In this document: one piece after another, positions 62,603 through 64,000 of the stretch
How the letters are laid out: every line of letters begins with the position of its first letter
How positions within the stretch are numbered: the stretch's first letter is position 1
Source: Octopus vulgaris
Taxonomy: Eukaryota
NCBI GenBank assembly: GCA_951406725.2
Contig: OX597832.1
Coordinates: 55,056,001 to 55,120,000 of the forward strand
DNA length: 64,000 nt
Direction: 5' to 3'
Notes under the pieces: model-generated
The model's input: only the letters and a program-made list of their open reading frames with translations
What the model was told of the DNA's origin: nothing
The model's database searches: none
Translations under genes and position numbers: made by a program

Positions 62603-62770
62603 GCGTAGAAGTGGCTGTGTGGTAAGTAGCTTGCTTACGAACTACATGGTTCCGGGTTCACTCCCACTGCGTGGCACCTTGGGCAAGTGTCTTCTACTAT
62701 AGTCTCGGGCCGACCAAAGCCTTGTGAGTGGATCTGGTAGGCGGTAACTGAAAGAAGCTCATCGTATGTA

Positions 62771-62815
<45 letters not shown>

Positions 62816-62877
62816 TGATTGATTGATTGATTCTAGTTTCAGCTCACGAGCTGTGGCCATGCTGGGGCACCGCCATT

Positions 62878-62908
<31 letters not shown>

Positions 62909-63122
62909 TTGTGTGTATGTCTGTGTTTGTCCCCACCCCAACACCGCTTGACAACCGATGCTGGTGTGTTTACGTCCCCGTAACTTAGCGGTTCGGCAAA
63001 AAAGTCCGATAGAATAAGTACTGGGCTTACAAAGAATAAATCCTGGGGTCCGATGTGCTCCACTAAAGGCGGTGCTCCTGCATGGCCACAATCAACTGAC
63101 TGAAACAAGTAAAAGAGTAAAA
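62603..63122 (+). mobile_element. SINE S1 with a nested ultra-short tail element (62815-62876, minus)
   Basis: Complete S1; the insert lies in the internal (TA)n. Confidence 0.85.
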
Positions 63123-63672
63123 GCGTAATTAGATTTCATTTTCAAGAACACTCCTTCGTTGCTACTAGAAATGTGTCGCGAGCGAAAACAAGGCATCGTT
63201 CCTCGCTTCGAAAATGTCTAGTACGGTATGATACTTGCTCTATATATTTCAATGCTGCCTCCAAAGATCGATAAAACGTATTTCACTTAAAATTCGCTAT
63301 CGATTCGAACGGCGCTAAAAGTCTTTTGTGCTCTCAATTTTCTGTACGTCACAATTATCGTCATCGTAAGTTTATTTTCGCTTCTAGAAGGCTTGTCTCG
63401 AACTGAGTAACATTTGTACTTAGCCGAATACGTGGAGTCAACATGGCCGATTATCCCATTATAGCCAGAGCTTGCTGACCTTGTGGCTAAAATAGATATC
63501 GTTAGCATGTCGGGCGGAATGCTTTCTTTACGTTCTGAGCTCGAATTCTGTCGAGGTCGGCGTTGTTTTTCATCCGTTAAGGGTCGATAAAATAAGAACC
63601 AATTGAACTCACTGTCATCAATGTATTCGACTTAGTCCCTTCCCCCAAACTCGCAGGCCTCACCCAAAGTTA

Positions 63673-63856
63673 TGATAGATCGTTAGCTCCTACACGCATT
63701 TTTTTCTCTCCTTGTTTCTCCCCTTGTTTTTTTTTTTCTGTGTATCTTTCTGTCGAAGAGCGTAGGCTCGAAACGTAAAAGACTTTTTCTATTCCTGAGC
63801 GCTTTGTTTGTATTCCACCTGCCTTCGTCTTTTGTTTATTTTCGTAAAGTTTCTCT
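63673..63856 (+). mobile_element. Hammerhead-bearing short element, family B (motif 63745-63782)
   Basis: ucuuu-CUGUCGA-A-gagc-guag-gcuc-GAAAC-GUA-aaaga; followed by (TA)n. Confidence 0.75.
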
Positions 63857-64000
63857 TTATATATATATATATATATATATATAATGATACATACAATAGA
63901 ACCTCGGTTTACGAACGCCTCTGATCACGAATAAATCGTGCTTTGTGTATATATATATACATATATATGATTAAGATTCAAATGAAGTAGGTACTTAAGT

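Overview
Eukaryotic, extremely repeat-rich and gene-poor DNA. The SINE families and the dense (TA)n/(TACA)n/(TAA)n/(GATA)n microsatellites look like an Octopus (coleoid cephalopod) genome; this is an inference. No intact host protein-coding gene is recognisable, and almost every ORF in the track is a microsatellite or SINE artefact. Recognisable content: more than 35 tRNA-derived SINE copies, decayed mariner/Tc1, pogo/Tigger, hAT and Helitron elements, Tx1/L1 and R4/Dong LINE relics, and a Penelope-like (PLE) RT-linker/GIY-YIG relic. Main finding: about a dozen minimal type-I hammerhead ribozyme motifs. They sit in short non-coding elements that mostly abut (TA)n tracts or form fold-back palindromes, one with a 12-bp TSD. 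They include a subfamily-wide A6U core variant and a U3-A8 covariant. Together they look like a non-autonomous, PLE-mobilised ribozyme retroposon system. Also notable: a 25-copy 74-77 bp satellite formed from the HTH/GRPR-coding segment of a Tc1/mariner transposase, and SINE multimers inserted as a single TSD-bounded unit.
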